A stretch of DNA of 64,000 nt. It comes from an uncultured Nitrospiraceae bacterium (lineage in GTDB: Bacteria; Nitrospirota; Nitrospiria; Nitrospirales; UBA2166). The stretch covers positions 141,961 to 205,960 of the forward strand of contig CAYXED010000001.1 of NCBI GenBank assembly GCA_964463965.1, written 5' to 3'. The translations under genes were made by a program, and so were the position numbers. Under the pieces are notes generated by a model. It had not been told where the DNA came from and searched no databases. It worked only from the letters and a program-made list of their open reading frames with translations. This document shows, piece by piece, positions 54,482 to 64,000 of the stretch (positions are counted from its first letter, which is position 1; each line of letters starts with the position of its first letter).

Positions 54482-55644
54482 GTATGCCCCCGAGAACGAG
54501 AAACACTAACCAGAATTCCAATTGCAGCTAAATTCATCACAATCGCCGATCCCCCATAACTTAAAAATGGAAGAGTTAAGCCCTTTGCTGGAAGCATTCC
54601 AGACACAACACCTACATTGATTAACACTTGTAATGCCAAAAGGAGAGTAATCCCATAGGCTAAGTAATAACCAAGCAGATCTTTACTATTCCAAGCGATA
54701 CGAAAACCTCTCCAAATTAAAACCCCGTATAACCCCAATACAAAGACCCCCCCCACAAGCCCAAGTTCTTCTGAAAGAATTGCAAAAACAAAATCAGTAT
54801 GAGGTTCAGGAAGAAACAGTCTCTTTTGATTACCTTCACCCAACCCCAAACCCCATATACCTCCGCTCCCAATTGCAAGCATAGACTGTATTGTTTGAAA
54901 CCCAGAGTTCATTGGATCAGCATGTGGATTTAAAAAAGCTAATACACGTTCTTTCTGATAAGCAGTCTGCAGCACAAGATAGCTACATATAGAAATCGCT
55001 AAGATCGCCAATCCCATTAAATGTCGGAAGGGAGTACCTCCAATAAAAAGCATACCCCCAGTAATCGTAAGAATTACAACGGCAGCACCAAGATCAGGTT
55101 CACAGACTACTAACCCTACAAATACCCCTATAACAAGCACAGCAGGGAAAGCGCCATGCAGAAAGCTTTGTAAACGCTTTTCCCTTCCATCGAGGTAACA
55201 TGCAAGATAAATAATTAAAACTAACTTAATCATCTCTGACGGTTGAACCGTCACAATACCTAATCGCAACCATCGACGTGCCCCGTTAATTGGCTCCCCA
55301 AGAGGAGAAAACAACACAGTAGCCAATAAAAACAGTCCAATGCAGAGCAAAAACCCAACATTTTTTTTCCAGTGCCGATGTTTAAAGTTTGAGATCACAA
55401 CTAAAACTATTAACCCTAAAAAAATCCAGAGGCCCTGTCGTTTTAGAAAAAATGCGGCATCGTCATACTTGCGCTGAGCTAGAAGAGCACTCGAGCTATA
55501 CATCATCATGATGCCAACACCAAGTAAGAGCAAAGTAACAACAATAAGGACCTGATCCATCGAAGACTTGTCATCAGGCTCAAAAAAATTCTCTGTAAAT
55601 TTCAATCTCATTACATCAAACTTTCGCGTTAAGGTAGCGCACAA
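54478..55644 (-). CDS. ftsW: SEDS-family peptidoglycan polymerase FtsW
   Basis: 10-TM SEDS pattern (RWLRLGIVTVQPSE, PEPHTDFVFAILSEELG). The start may instead be the ATG at 55611. Confidence 0.9.
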   Translation of the reverse strand: MCATLTRKFDVMRLKFTENFFEPDDKSSMDQVLIVVTLLLLGVGIMMMYSSSALLAQRKYDDAAFFLKRQGLWIFLGLIVLVVISNFKHRHWKKNVGFLLCIGLFLLATVLFSPLGEPINGARRWLRLGIVTVQPSEMIKLVLIIYLACYLDGREKRLQSFLHGAFPAVLVIGVFVGLVVCEPDLGAAVVILTITGGMLFIGGTPFRHLMGLAILAISICSYLVLQTAYQKERVLAFLNPHADPMNSGFQTIQSMLAIGSGGIWGLGLGEGNQKRLFLPEPHTDFVFAILSEELGLVGGVFVLGLYGVLIWRGFRIAWNSKDLLGYYLAYGITLLLALQVLINVGVVSGMLPAKGLTLPFLSYGGSAIVMNLAAIGILVSVSRSRGHT

Positions 55645-57059
55645 ACTAGCTCTTTAAACTCTCTACCACGGTGTTGATAGTCTTCAAACATATCAAAGCT
55701 TGCACACGCGGGAGAAAACACCACAGCATCCCCAACATTGGACTCACGGTATGCCAAATCGATTGCTACATTAATTGACTCTGCAAAATACATCGGAAGC
55801 TTAGGAAATGCCTCAGCTACAAGAGCTGCATGAATCTTTTGCCTTGACTCACCTATAAGAATAACGACCTTTACATAAAGTCGAATAGCACTCACAAGCT
55901 TAGAAAAATCAGCGACCTTATCTCTCCCCCCAGCAATGAGCACTATAGGCTGACGACAACTTTCCAAAGCACGCACTGTTGCAGCAACATTTGTTGCCTT
56001 TGAATCATTAATAAAGGTTACTCCATGATAATCTCTTACATGTTCACATGCATGTTCAAGGCCTGAAAAACTTTTGAGTACATCGCGAACAACTTCTACG
56101 GAACAACCACATAGCAGCGCAATAGCTGTAGCAGCCATTGCATTTTGAAGATTATGTTTTCCTTGGAGATAAAGTTCCTCAATATGACAAACCAGCAGCT
56201 CATCTTCCCCTATCTTTGAAACAACCCGACTCCCATCAAGATAAACACCAAAATCAACAGCACGCTCAGCACTGAATTTCATCAAAGAAGAAGTCGCTAC
56301 GGAAGACATCGTGCGTACAACAGAATCATCATCATTAATGAGTCCGTAATCGCCTTTTTTCTGACACTTTAATATTTTTGATTTTGCCAGAACATAATCA
56401 TCAAAACTGTCATACCGATCCATATGGTCATCAGTAACATTTAATATGACCGCAAGCCATGGTCTAAAAACATGTATTGCTTCCAGCTGAAAACTAGACA
56501 ATTCAGCAATAATGTACTCCGGTGTAAGCACATCCCCACGCAAACAATCTAAAGCAATTGTTGACAATGGCGTTCCAAGGTTCCCCCCAAGCCGAACAGG
56601 AATACCTGCCTGCTCCAACATCTTCCCAACCATTGTGACAGTTGTACTTTTTCCATTTGTTCCAGTCACTCCAACAAGACGTCCTTTAAGGTATGGAAAA
56701 GCAAGTTCAATCTCCGCAATAATTGGGACTCCTGCACGACGTGCAGCATCTAAAATCGTCCATGCAATGGGGACACCAGGACTGACAACGATTAAATCAG
56801 CTGACTCCAGCATTGACGAATCGTTAACTCCAAAAGAATATTTAATTTCCTGTTGATCAAGCTCACTCGCAATCTCTTCCATTTCAGACAAAGGCTTTTT
56901 GTCAAAAACCGTTACATGAGCACCAAGCCATTGCAAAAGTTGAAGAGCCATACGCCCACTTCGTGCTATCCCAAGAACAACGACACTCTTTCCTCTAAGC
57001 TCTCCCCTCACATCAGACACCAGGCAACCTATGAAGTTTAAAAACAAACAACAAGCCAA
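55629..57059 (-). CDS. murD: UDP-N-acetylmuramoylalanine--D-glutamate ligase
   Basis: The motif VVVLGIARSG is present. The P-loop GTNGKSTT is present. Position between mraY and ftsW supports the call. The exact start is uncertain. Confidence 0.93.
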   Translation of the reverse strand: MACCLFLNFIGCLVSDVRGELRGKSVVVLGIARSGRMALQLLQWLGAHVTVFDKKPLSEMEEIASELDQQEIKYSFGVNDSSMLESADLIVVSPGVPIAWTILDAARRAGVPIIAEIELAFPYLKGRLVGVTGTNGKSTTVTMVGKMLEQAGIPVRLGGNLGTPLSTIALDCLRGDVLTPEYIIAELSSFQLEAIHVFRPWLAVILNVTDDHMDRYDSFDDYVLAKSKILKCQKKGDYGLINDDDSVVRTMSSVATSSLMKFSAERAVDFGVYLDGSRVVSKIGEDELLVCHIEELYLQGKHNLQNAMAATAIALLCGCSVEVVRDVLKSFSGLEHACEHVRDYHGVTFINDSKATNVAATVRALESCRQPIVLIAGGRDKVADFSKLVSAIRLYVKVVILIGESRQKIHAALVAEAFPKLPMYFAESINVAIDLAYRESNVGDAVVFSPACASFDMFEDYQHRGREFKELVCALP

Positions 57060-57064
57060 CTTGC

Positions 57065-58141
57065 CTATCTAAGCTTTAAAGTACTTAAACTCAACAAAGC
57101 AAAAAATATTGCGATGATCCATAAACGAATAACAATTTTAGGCTCCTTCCATCCCTTTAACTCAAAATGATGATGTATGGGAGCCATTAGAAATATTCTC
57201 TTTCCCCTCGACTTATACGATAAAACCTGAAATATGACTGATACTGCCTCAATTACAAAAACTCCTCCTACCAAGATAAGCAAAAGCTCATGCTTGCTAA
57301 TGATAGCGACTAAACCAAGCGCTGCCCCCAAAGGCAGCGACCCGACATCACCCATAAAAATTGAAGCGGGATAAGTGTTAAACCAAAGAAACGCAAGACT
57401 TGCGCCAAACATCGCACCTGTAAATACAGCAAGTTCTCCTGAGCCCTCAACATATGGAATCAATAAATATTCTGAGAAACCTGCATGTCCAGAAACATAA
57501 ACAACTACGGTATATGCAACCGTTGCAACCATGATTGGACCAATTGCTAATCCATCAAGACCATCAGTCAAATTGACTGCATTTGATGCTCCTACAATAA
57601 CTAAAACCGCAAACGGTATATAAAACCATCCAAGGTCTGGGGAAAATGACTTGAAAAACGGTACATTTAATACGGTTGAATATGGAGGAAAACTATAGAG
57701 GGTAATACCAATAACCGTCGCAATGGCTAACTGGATAGTCAGTTTTGGTACAACTGTAAGCTCAGTCTTTGCTCTTTGCCCACCTTTACGGTAATCATCA
57801 AGAATCCCCAAAGCACTAAACGCAATCATCGTAAATAATGCTAGCCAGATATAGGGATTTCGAAGATCCGCCCATAAAAGAGTTGAACAGACAACTGCCC
57901 CCACAATGAGAATCCCTCCCATTGTCGGAGTTCCACGCTTTGTAGTATGGCGTTCAGGACCATCCTCGCGAATTGACTCAGTGAACCCAAGCACCTGAAG
58001 ACGCCTTGTTAGCATCGGCGCAAACGCGAACGCAATCACAAATGCAGTTACCACGGCATATATAGTTCGGAAACTAAGATAACGAAACACATTAAATAGC
58101 GGTATCTCTTCGGCCCAGGGATATAAGAATATATAGAACAT
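57065..58141 (-). CDS. mraY: phospho-N-acetylmuramoyl-pentapeptide transferase
   Basis: The motif KRGTPTMGG is present. The motif NAVNLTDGLDGLA is present. The motif APIHHHFE is also present. Confidence 0.96.
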   Translation of the reverse strand: MFYIFLYPWAEEIPLFNVFRYLSFRTIYAVVTAFVIAFAFAPMLTRRLQVLGFTESIREDGPERHTTKRGTPTMGGILIVGAVVCSTLLWADLRNPYIWLALFTMIAFSALGILDDYRKGGQRAKTELTVVPKLTIQLAIATVIGITLYSFPPYSTVLNVPFFKSFSPDLGWFYIPFAVLVIVGASNAVNLTDGLDGLAIGPIMVATVAYTVVVYVSGHAGFSEYLLIPYVEGSGELAVFTGAMFGASLAFLWFNTYPASIFMGDVGSLPLGAALGLVAIISKHELLLILVGGVFVIEAVSVIFQVLSYKSRGKRIFLMAPIHHHFELKGWKEPKIVIRLWIIAIFFALLSLSTLKLR

Positions 58142-58146
58142 AGATT

Positions 58147-59586
58147 TTATGACCTCACGAGATTAGTCTCTTTTGAAAATTGCTCTTTCCACCACTCTAA
58201 AACGCCTTCAAGACGCATGGCTCGAGAACCCTTTACTAAAACAACATCTCCAGAAACAACACGCTCAGCAAGACATGCAGTGAGAATTGGATACAGCGTA
58301 TCCTTATCATCAGTTACAAACACAATACTTTTCGACATACCTGCCTTAAGCGCACCCATAGCAATCTCTGGCCCCATAGATCCACAGACTATAAGCTCAT
58401 CAACATCAAGAGTGGCAACTAGCATTCCAACCTCTCGATGAGCTGCCTTTGATTTCTTTCCTAGCTCCAACATGTCTCCAAGTACTGCAATACGCTTACC
58501 AGATACACGCAACCGGCATAAAGCTTCCAATGCAGCCTTTACTGACGTGGGGTTTGCATTGTAAGTATCATTTAAAAACTTAACTCCACCCCACTCTACA
58601 ATTTCGGTCCTCATAGAAATAGGAGAAAACTTCTTAAGTCCGTCCCTAATTGATATTGCCTTCACACCCATTGCAATACCCACAGCAGATGCTGCCGCTG
58701 CATTAGCAACATTATGCTCACCAAGAACATTAAGGCTCAATCTCATTGGTCGACGAAAACCAGGTCGGCACAATGAAAAGGTAGATCCACTAAAACCATC
58801 CGCCTTCATACGAGTCGCCCTAACTTCTGCATAAGGAGAAAACCCAAATGTCACGACTTTGCTTTTTGCTAAAGAACTTAGAAATTCAAAAAACTCATCA
58901 TCTGCATTCAATATTGCAGTTCCATTTGCTGGCAGAGATGATATGAGTTCTCCTTTTGCCTTTGCGACACCATCAATATGCTTAAAGCCTTCTAAGTGCG
59001 CTAGGCCTATATTTGTGAGCACCCCAAATGTGGGCTTTGCAATTCGACACAATTGCTTAAGTTCTCCAAAATGGTTAACCCCCATCTCAATAACTGCCAT
59101 CTTGTGCCTATGAGTTAACCTCAATAGCGTTAATGGCAACCCAATATGATTATTAAAGTTTCCTTTTGTTTCCAGCAGGGAATGCTCTTGACGAAGTATT
59201 GTGGCAATCATTTGAGTTGTTGTTGTCTTCCCATTACTTCCTGACACAGCAACAACTGGAATATCAAATCGCTTACGATGAAACGAAGCAATATCCTGGA
59301 ATGCACGAACAGTATCATCTACAGCTATTAAGACTGAATCCCGCTGCATTGTCCGTGAGGCACGAAAACCTTGCCTTACTAAGGCTCCAGCAGCCCCCTT
59401 TTTAAAGACTGACGATACAAAATTATGCCCATCAAAACTTCTTCCTTCGATTGCCACAAAAAAATCACCAGAGCTTGCTGTCCTACTATCAACACTAAGA
59501 CTAAAAGCACGTCTACTGGTCCTTGAAGCAGACAACAGCCTCCCTCCCGTTGCAATCAACAATTCTTCAACCGTAAATCGAGCCAT
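58147..59586 (-). CDS. murF: UDP-N-acetylmuramoyl-tripeptide--D-alanyl-D-alanine ligase
   Basis: P-loop GSNGKTTT. I prefer the start at MARFTVEELLIATGGRLL (59586) over the track's 59628. Confidence 0.93.
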   Translation of the reverse strand: MARFTVEELLIATGGRLLSASRTSRRAFSLSVDSRTASSGDFFVAIEGRSFDGHNFVSSVFKKGAAGALVRQGFRASRTMQRDSVLIAVDDTVRAFQDIASFHRKRFDIPVVAVSGSNGKTTTTQMIATILRQEHSLLETKGNFNNHIGLPLTLLRLTHRHKMAVIEMGVNHFGELKQLCRIAKPTFGVLTNIGLAHLEGFKHIDGVAKAKGELISSLPANGTAILNADDEFFEFLSSLAKSKVVTFGFSPYAEVRATRMKADGFSGSTFSLCRPGFRRPMRLSLNVLGEHNVANAAAASAVGIAMGVKAISIRDGLKKFSPISMRTEIVEWGGVKFLNDTYNANPTSVKAALEALCRLRVSGKRIAVLGDMLELGKKSKAAHREVGMLVATLDVDELIVCGSMGPEIAMGALKAGMSKSIVFVTDDKDTLYPILTACLAERVVSGDVVLVKGSRAMRLEGVLEWWKEQFSKETNLVRS

Positions 59587-61090
59587 GAGTACCCACAATC
59601 GCATTTCTTGCAATAACACGATCATCAAAGTCTAATCGCTGATTCCCTATAATCTGATAATCTTCATGGCCCTTACCAGCAATTACAATTAAATCATCCG
59701 GACAGGCAGAGTGGATTGCGTTGGCGATTGCTTCTCCACGATCAGGTATAGTTCTATAGGGAGGTTCCTGCACAGAAGCCACAATCCCATCTACCACGTC
59801 TCGGATGATATTTTCTGGATCTTCAGATCTAGGGTTATCAGAGGTAACAATGATACTATCGCTTAGATCGGCTGCAATTCTTCCCATTGTTGACCGCTTC
59901 CCTTTGTCGCGATCACCTCCACAGCCAAAAACAGTAATCAAGCTACCTTTTGTTAAGGTACGGGCAAGACTCAAAAGCTTTCTAAGCGCATCTTCAGTAT
60001 GTGCATAATCAACGACTACTCCATAACTCTGTCCTTCATCAATTTTTTCAAACCTACCTGGAACAGATTTTAAAGATGCTATACCTTTTTGGATCGAAGA
60101 AATTGAACAGCCCCTACTCAAACCAACACCAATAGCGGCTAGCATGTTATAAACGTTGTGATAACCTATGAGGTTCGATCTGACTGGAAACTCACTAAGA
60201 GGAGTTTTAACGGTGAAAGCAGTCTCCTCATAAGTAATAGTCACATTACGAGCAAGAATATCCGCATTCGCATAAATTCCATAAGACATCACTGGAACAG
60301 TGCATGAGTCTCGAACCAGAGCTCCATAAGAGTCATCTAAATTTACTATTGCGCGAACACTAGATTGATCCACTGCTGTTTTTAAAAACTCTGAAGAAAA
60401 AAGCCGCAACTTGCTATTAAAGTAGCTTTCAAGGCTATCATGAAAATCCAAATGATCTCTTGTTAGATTTGTAAAAACAACAGTATCAAACAGGCAACCA
60501 GATACCCGAGAAAGTGCAAGGGCATGTGAGGTCACCTCGATAACCGCATGAGTTACCCCTTCCTGCACCATTTGGCTAAGCATTCGCTGCAAAACCACTG
60601 CACTAGGAGTCGTATGGGATGCAGGATGCAATCGCTCAGATCCAATGTCGTAGCCTATCGTTCCAATAATTCCAGACCTATTTCCAGCAGATTCAAAAAT
60701 TGCCTTGACAAGGTACCCAACGGTAGTCTTCCCATTAGTCCCGGTAATTCCACACATCGTTAACGTCGCCGACGGGTCACAATAAAAATTTCTAGCCAAA
60801 ACACCAAGAGCGACTCTAGAATCAGTAACTTGTATAGTAGCTATATCAGAAAACTTTTCCTTAAATTCACTTAGTGACTCTTCACTAACAATTGATATAG
60901 CCCCAGCATCAACTACATCAGAGATAAAATGATTTCCATCAGACTTCATTCCCTTGATGGCAACAAACATCGAACCTGCCTTCACTTCACGTGAATCATC
61001 ACAGACTGCCTCGACTTCACACACCGGAGACCCAGAAACCATCAATGCATCTACACCTTTAAGCAGCGCGTTTAGCCTCACAAAAATCAC
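59567..61090 (-). CDS. murE: UDP-N-acetylmuramoyl-L-alanyl-D-glutamate--2,6-diaminopimelate ligase
   Basis: P-loop GTNGKTT. The DNPR motif (VTSDNPRSE) is associated with meso-DAP specificity. Confidence 0.93.
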   Translation of the reverse strand: MIFVRLNALLKGVDALMVSGSPVCEVEAVCDDSREVKAGSMFVAIKGMKSDGNHFISDVVDAGAISIVSEESLSEFKEKFSDIATIQVTDSRVALGVLARNFYCDPSATLTMCGITGTNGKTTVGYLVKAIFESAGNRSGIIGTIGYDIGSERLHPASHTTPSAVVLQRMLSQMVQEGVTHAVIEVTSHALALSRVSGCLFDTVVFTNLTRDHLDFHDSLESYFNSKLRLFSSEFLKTAVDQSSVRAIVNLDDSYGALVRDSCTVPVMSYGIYANADILARNVTITYEETAFTVKTPLSEFPVRSNLIGYHNVYNMLAAIGVGLSRGCSISSIQKGIASLKSVPGRFEKIDEGQSYGVVVDYAHTEDALRKLLSLARTLTKGSLITVFGCGGDRDKGKRSTMGRIAADLSDSIIVTSDNPRSEDPENIIRDVVDGIVASVQEPPYRTIPDRGEAIANAIHSACPDDLIVIAGKGHEDYQIIGNQRLDFDDRVIARNAIVGTHGSIYG

Positions 61091-61106
61091 CCATACTCAA
61101 AAAAGT

Positions 61107-62831
61107 TTATTTCCTAACATGCAATGCAACAAGGTCCTGCCTAGACCCGTCTGGCAAAATACTAAGGTACGGCACAGCCTGCTCTGCAATCCTTCGAAAA
61201 ACTGGCGCCGCTACAGTTCCACCCCACGAAGCAGTTCTCGGCTCATCAATAACTACAAGAATAATTAATTTAGGCGCACGTGCAGGAAAGTAACCAAAAA
61301 ATGAACTCACAAACTTATCCTTTGAATATCGACGAATTTCAGGATCTACTTTTTGAGCCGTACCAGTTTTTCCCGCAACCATATGATCAGGCAACGAAGC
61401 TTTTTTTGCAGTTCCCTGTGAGACAACTCTCGTCAAAATTGAAGTCATATTTACTGAAGCATGTCCACTAATAGGCTTACTCCGAACGTGAGGAATTGTC
61501 CTCGCTACCGTGGAGCCATCAGCATCTCTTACCTCAGCGACCACATAAGGCCTCATCAAAAAACCTCCATTTGCAACAGCTGCGGCAGCAGTAATCATTT
61601 GCAGAGGAGTCACTGCCAGTTCATGTCCAATTGAAAGTGAAGCCAAAGAACGACGGTTCCATTTTTCTCTTGGTCGCAAAATCCCAGAGCTTTCACCATC
61701 AAGATCAACTCCAGTCCTCGACCCAAATCCAAACTTACTTAAATACTCGGAAAACCTTTCCTCACCCAACCGCTGAGCAATTTTTATAGTTCCAATATTG
61801 CTCGAATGTTCAATAACCTCAGAAAACGTCATCCATCCTCGAGGCACTTCATCATGCACAGTAGTCCCCGCAACGGCATAACTTCCCTCTTCAGCAAAAA
61901 TACGATCTTCCTCACTAAAACTGCTTTCATTTAAAGCAGCGGCCGCTGCAACAATTTTAAATGTTGAGCCTGGTTCATATGCATCTGTTACCGTGCGGTT
62001 TCTCCATTGCTCTTGAGGGTATTTCCGAATAGCATTAGGATCAAATGTCGGGCGAACAGTCATTGCTAAAATTCCACCTGTAAAAGGATCCATTACAATC
62101 ACACTGCCACCCTTAGCGCCCGTTGATTTAATTGCATCATCCAAGGCAGTCTCAGCCATGTACTGAAGCCCCACATCAATCGTCAAGACGACATCATGGC
62201 CAACAGCAGGCAATTGCCCAGAAACAACCTCAGAAAATATAGGCTGCCCGACTGCATCTCGATCCATCACCAATTGACCACGCGTTCCACGTAAATAACG
62301 GTCATACCTCCACTCAACTCCCTCTAATCCATACCCATCAATGCCTGCAAATCCAAGGACGTGTGAAAGAAGAGGCCCATTTGGATAAACACGCTGTCTT
62401 TCTTTGAGGATCCCAACTCCCTTTAGCGAGAGCTTCTTTAACTGTTCCGCCTCGCGGTCGTCAATGCCACGCTTAATCCAAACAAAAGACTTCTGCGTAC
62501 GTAATTTCTTCTCAACCTGATTAGCATCAAGCCCTAACAACGCGGCAATGCTCCCTGCCGTTTCACGAGGATTTACACATTGAGGTGGATCACCAAACAA
62601 GGAAGGCACATCACTGTTAATCGCTAAAACATTCTCTCTTCGGTCATAGATAGTCCCACGGCCAGGCTCAACTGACCTTATTGTTTGATGTTGCCTCTTT
62701 GCTTCACGAGAAAAATCAGATGCATCGACTACTTGCAACATAATGAGCCTAGACACAAGGATCGCAAATCCAACCGCAATACACCCTACCGAAAAGATAA
62801 ATCGAATTTTTCTCCTTTTTATATCACTCAC
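61107..62831 (-). CDS. ftsI: class B penicillin-binding protein (division transpeptidase, PBP3)
   Basis: N-terminal TM anchor plus transpeptidase motifs STFK (GSTFKIV), SSN (HSSNIG) and KTGTA. Confidence 0.93.
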   Translation of the reverse strand: MSDIKRRKIRFIFSVGCIAVGFAILVSRLIMLQVVDASDFSREAKRQHQTIRSVEPGRGTIYDRRENVLAINSDVPSLFGDPPQCVNPRETAGSIAALLGLDANQVEKKLRTQKSFVWIKRGIDDREAEQLKKLSLKGVGILKERQRVYPNGPLLSHVLGFAGIDGYGLEGVEWRYDRYLRGTRGQLVMDRDAVGQPIFSEVVSGQLPAVGHDVVLTIDVGLQYMAETALDDAIKSTGAKGGSVIVMDPFTGGILAMTVRPTFDPNAIRKYPQEQWRNRTVTDAYEPGSTFKIVAAAAALNESSFSEEDRIFAEEGSYAVAGTTVHDEVPRGWMTFSEVIEHSSNIGTIKIAQRLGEERFSEYLSKFGFGSRTGVDLDGESSGILRPREKWNRRSLASLSIGHELAVTPLQMITAAAAVANGGFLMRPYVVAEVRDADGSTVARTIPHVRSKPISGHASVNMTSILTRVVSQGTAKKASLPDHMVAGKTGTAQKVDPEIRRYSKDKFVSSFFGYFPARAPKLIILVVIDEPRTASWGGTVAAPVFRRIAEQAVPYLSILPDGSRQDLVALHVRK

Positions 62832-63111
62832 TAACTTTCCCTAGCGCATCCTCAGACCTAGAAACTAAAACCACTTGCCCCGATTTTGGCCAAATCAACC
62901 CCAACTGAGTCGTTGCAAGAACCTCGATACGATCAAGAGAAACAAGTTCATAGTACTCAACCAAAAGCATTTGTTGCCGCTTTAACTTTTCAACCTTTTC
63001 ACGCTTCATCTGCTCAATTTCATATCCAAGTTGCACCATCGCAGAACGCTCCCAGACCGTAAATAACATCAAGGAAAGAATTGCCACGGCAAGAAAAACC
63101 TTAATCAGCAT
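62824..63111 (-). CDS. ftsL: cell division protein FtsL
   Basis: 95 aa with a single TM and a coiled coil. It lies between rsmH and ftsI, with 7-8-nt overlaps on both sides. Confidence 0.8.
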   Translation of the reverse strand: MLIKVFLAVAILSLMLFTVWERSAMVQLGYEIEQMKREKVEKLKRQQMLLVEYYELVSLDRIEVLATTQLGLIWPKSGQVVLVSRSEDALGKVSE

Positions 63112-64000
63112 ATTTTCTCTATTACTCTCAATTTTGCGCTTCGAGACCTTACGTTCTGACGCTGTTCGTCCACAGAAGGCCGAAGTGGTTTCTTGAATAC
63201 CTCAGCAACTACAGGATTTGTTGCGCGAGCCATTGCACGAAAAGCATGCTTGACGATACGATCCTCCAAGGAATGAAAGCTGATCACAGCCATCCTTCCA
63301 CCAGGAGAAAGGATTGAAACAGCTGCATCAATTCCCTGACTCAAAAGATTAAGTTCTTCATTCACAGCTATGCGGATCGCCTGAAAGACTCTTGTCGCAC
63401 AATGCAATCTACTCGCCCTATAGGACGCTGGCACTGCACAACGCACAACATCCTTAAGCTCACCCGTTGTCAAAATTGGCCTCAAAAGTCTTCGCTCAGC
63501 AATACCTCTAGCAACACGACGCCCATAACGCTCTTCCCCATATTCCCAAAAGATCCTACCCAGCTCAGCCTCTGAACTCTCATTCACTACATGAGACGCC
63601 ATACGAGTCATTCCCTGATCCATTCGCATATCTAAAGGCCCCTCAGCACGAAAACTGAAACCTCTCAGAGGATCATCAAGCTGCATACTCGAGATACCAA
63701 GATCAAAAATGACTCCATTCACAGCATTGAATCCAATTGCCTGGACACATTCAGCAATACGATCAAAACTTCGATGCATTAATTGGACACGACCCCCAAA
63801 ACCTTTGAGCCGCGCCTTTGAAACCTTAAGGGCCTCAGAATCTCTATCAATCCCAACCAAAACACCACTGGGCTTGCTGGCATTAAGGATAGCTTCTGCA
63901 TGCCCTCCTCCTCCAACCGTACCATCCACATATACACCACTACTACCTACTTTAAGGTTTAAAACTACTTCGTTCATAAGAACAGGTGTATGTTTATTCT
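63105..64000 (-). CDS. rsmH: 16S rRNA (cytosine1402-N4)-methyltransferase RsmH/MraW (5' end at or beyond the window edge)
   Basis: The motif YVDGTVGGGGHAEAIL is present. The motif DLGISSMQLD is also present. Upstream of the track's ATG (63977) the frame stays open to the edge and encodes ..KHTPVLMNEVV, containing the conserved H-x-P-V-L N-terminal motif. The true start is therefore at or beyond position 64000. Confidence 0.92.
   Translation of the reverse strand, partial: NKHTPVLMNEVVLNLKVGSSGVYVDGTVGGGGHAEAILNASKPSGVLVGIDRDSEALKVSKARLKGFGGRVQLMHRSFDRIAECVQAIGFNAVNGVIFDLGISSMQLDDPLRGFSFRAEGPLDMRMDQGMTRMASHVVNESSEAELGRIFWEYGEERYGRRVARGIAERRLLRPILTTGELKDVVRCAVPASYRASRLHCATRVFQAIRIAVNEELNLLSQGIDAAVSILSPGGRMAVISFHSLEDRIVKHAFRAMARATNPVVAEVFKKPLRPSVDEQRQNVRSRSAKLRVIEKIC

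Overview
This is a 64-kb window from a diderm-type bacterium. The evidence for that is an Omp85-family barrel, an MlaC-like protein, RND/HpnN and a MurE carrying the meso-DAP 'DNPR' motif. Hand counts of G+C in short samples range from about 36 to 56%. I cannot assign a taxon from sequence alone. Most of the window is core genome.

(1) 44.3-64 kb, minus strand: a complete division/cell-wall (dcw) cluster, rsmH-ftsL-ftsI-murE-murF-mraY-murD-ftsW-murG-murC-murB-ddl-ftsQ-ftsA-ftsZ. It runs straight into yggS-proC-yggT-divIVA-DUF167 and a class-C-like serine hydrolase.

(2) 31.4-42.2 kb, plus strand: an isoprenoid/hopanoid island, crp/fnr-shc-hpnN-MlaC(Ttg2D)-like-POTRA-less Omp85 barrel-dxs-ispG.

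(3) 27.8-31.3 kb: smc.

(4) 22.4-27.5 kb, minus strand: arsM-arsR-pstS-pstC-pstA-pstB packed end to end, followed by tRNA-Arg(CCG) and tRNA-Lys(CUU).

(5) 0-22 kb: a mixed housekeeping/accessory stretch.
- Housekeeping and general genes: ahcY, an M20 peptidase, RNase D, arfB, yajQ, an EVE-domain protein, MFS and ArsB/NhaD-type permeases.
- A small group of secreted proteins: a spondin_N-domain protein, a metzincin-like protease with a PPC-like tail, and a cupredoxin-like protein.
- A 1065-aa beta-propeller/di-haem peroxidase-like/CARDB-like secreted protein.
- A relatively G+C-rich patch (17.8-19.3 kb) holding a gutted helicase pseudogene and an orphan PD-(D/E)xK-like gene with a G9 homopolymer.

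I saw no rRNA, CRISPR array, transposase, integrase or reverse transcriptase.

The most promising leads are:
- the shc-linked HpnN + MlaC-like + Omp85-like trio, a possible envelope-spanning hopanoid conveyor with an unassigned outer-membrane component;
- the ArsR-headed pst operon;
- the possibly phase-variable nuclease-like orphan;
- the propeller-peroxidase fusion;
- a cluster of three DnaA-box-like 9-mers in the largest non-coding gap.

All functional calls rest on motif and family recognition by eye. No database search was run.
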